Shown one piece after another: positions 63,287 through 64,000 of a DNA stretch of 64,000 nucleotides. This stretch comes from an uncultured delta proteobacterium. Lineage in GTDB: Bacteria; Desulfobacterota; Binatia; UBA9968. Numbering within the stretch: the first letter of the stretch is position 1; each line of letters starts with the position of its first letter. The notes beneath the pieces are model-generated. The model ran no database searches, was not told where the DNA came from, and worked only from the letters and a program-made list of their open reading frames with translations. Made by a program: the position numbers and the translations under genes. The stretch spans positions 1 through 64,000 of the forward strand of contig CAVXEP010000007.1 of the NCBI GenBank assembly GCA_963760795.1, written 5' to 3'.

Positions 63287-64000
63287 CTATTCGATCACCA
63301 TCGTCGTGCCAACGCTGTTGGGCGTGAACGCCTCGGGAAACTCGCGCGCGATCAGATGCGTCGCCTTCCAGCCGGTACAGTGCTGCGGCACGATGACGCC
63401 GGGATTGAATTCTTTCAACGCCTGCACCGTCAGCTGAACGATCGGTTCGAAGATCGGCCCGGTCAAGTGAAAGCCGCCGATGACCGCGTGAATTTGCTTC
63501 ATCCCGGTCATGTCGCGCGCGCATTTCAACGTGTTGACCACGCCGGCGTGGCCGCAGCCGGTAAGCACGACGAGTCCCTTGTTCTTCACATTGATAACGA
63601 TCGCTTGATCGTCGTGAATCCACGGGTCGGGCTGCCACTTGCCATCGATCAGTGCGACTTGATTGGGGCTGCCTTTTTCAAACGGCGTCGTCCGCGGAAT
63701 CTGCCCGGTCACGAGCGCGTTGCCGCCGATCAACATGGTCGGCCCACGCTCCTCGATGATCTGCACATCCTCGCCTTCAAGATCTTTTTTGCTCGGCGGA
63801 ATATGCTCCGACTCATGTCCGTCGCCCTGAATGTTTTTCCTTTTCAGGTAGGCGTCGGGATGGAGCACGATCGGCACCCGCGGCCGGCCATAGCGCTTGA
63901 TGAATCCTAGCAAGCCGCGCGTGTGGTCGGTGTGGCCATGGCTCAAGACCACGGCATGAAGCTCGTTGCCCTTGATGTCGAGCACGTCCATATTATGCAG
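63287..64000 (-). CDS. MBL-fold metallo-hydrolase (MJ0448-like), 5' end outside the window
   Basis: VLSHGHTDHTRG, DDQA, LTGCGHAGVVN, IGGFHL, PQHCTG. Confidence 0.88.
   Translation of the reverse strand: MHNMDVLDIKGNELHAVVLSHGHTDHTRGLLGFIKRYGRPRVPIVLHPDAYLKRKNIQGDGHESEHIPPSKKDLEGEDVQIIEERGPTMLIGGNALVTGQIPRTTPFEKGSPNQVALIDGKWQPDPWIHDDQAIVINVKNKGLVVLTGCGHAGVVNTLKCARDMTGMKQIHAVIGGFHLTGPIFEPIVQLTVQALKEFNPGVIVPQHCTGWKATHLIAREFPEAFTPNSVGTTMVIE

Noticed and set aside
828-63910. Long antisense or alternate-frame ORFs (e.g. 17960..18889, 36149..37204, 42850..43923, 54505..55599)
   Set aside because: They are shadow ORFs of GC-rich genes, with Arg/Ala-rich translations and no recognisable motifs.

Overview
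GC-rich bacterial chromosomal window with no rRNA, tRNA, CRISPR array or canonical IS. The gene content (many orphan TctC/Bug and NMT1/SsuA binding proteins, LLM monooxygenases, BNR propellers) resembles Candidatus Binatia-like organisms; this is an inference. Many genes carry single-base frameshifts that look like uncorrected long-read errors. Contents in order: (1) a signalling operon on the minus strand with a ~8.7 kb histidine kinase carrying about 15 GAF domains, a single-domain response regulator, a REC-adenylate/guanylate cyclase and a NUDIX gene. It is interrupted by a 451 bp unit in which a GxxExxY (PD-(D/E)XK-like) nuclease gene sits between 32 bp inverted repeats. Gene-less versions of the same inverted-repeat pair recur four more times in the window. 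(2) A decayed vapBC-like relic, a BNR propeller and a [2Fe-2S]/beta-barrel fusion. (3) A TAXI TRAP system, whose DUF1850-like gene appears to carry a palindromic repeat in frame. (4) A sulfur cluster: yeeE, soxZ, a soxY with an atypical C-terminus, and fccB/fccA. (5) Five tandem MFS paralogs separated by palindromic repeats. (6) A long catabolic and uptake region (Rieske oxygenase, amidohydrolase, SDR, AKR, hydrolases, orphan binding proteins). At least eight distinct families of REP/MITE-like palindromes fill the intergenic spaces. The best candidate for an undescribed system is the GxxExxY gene with CACGAAG inverted repeats and its putative non-autonomous copies.
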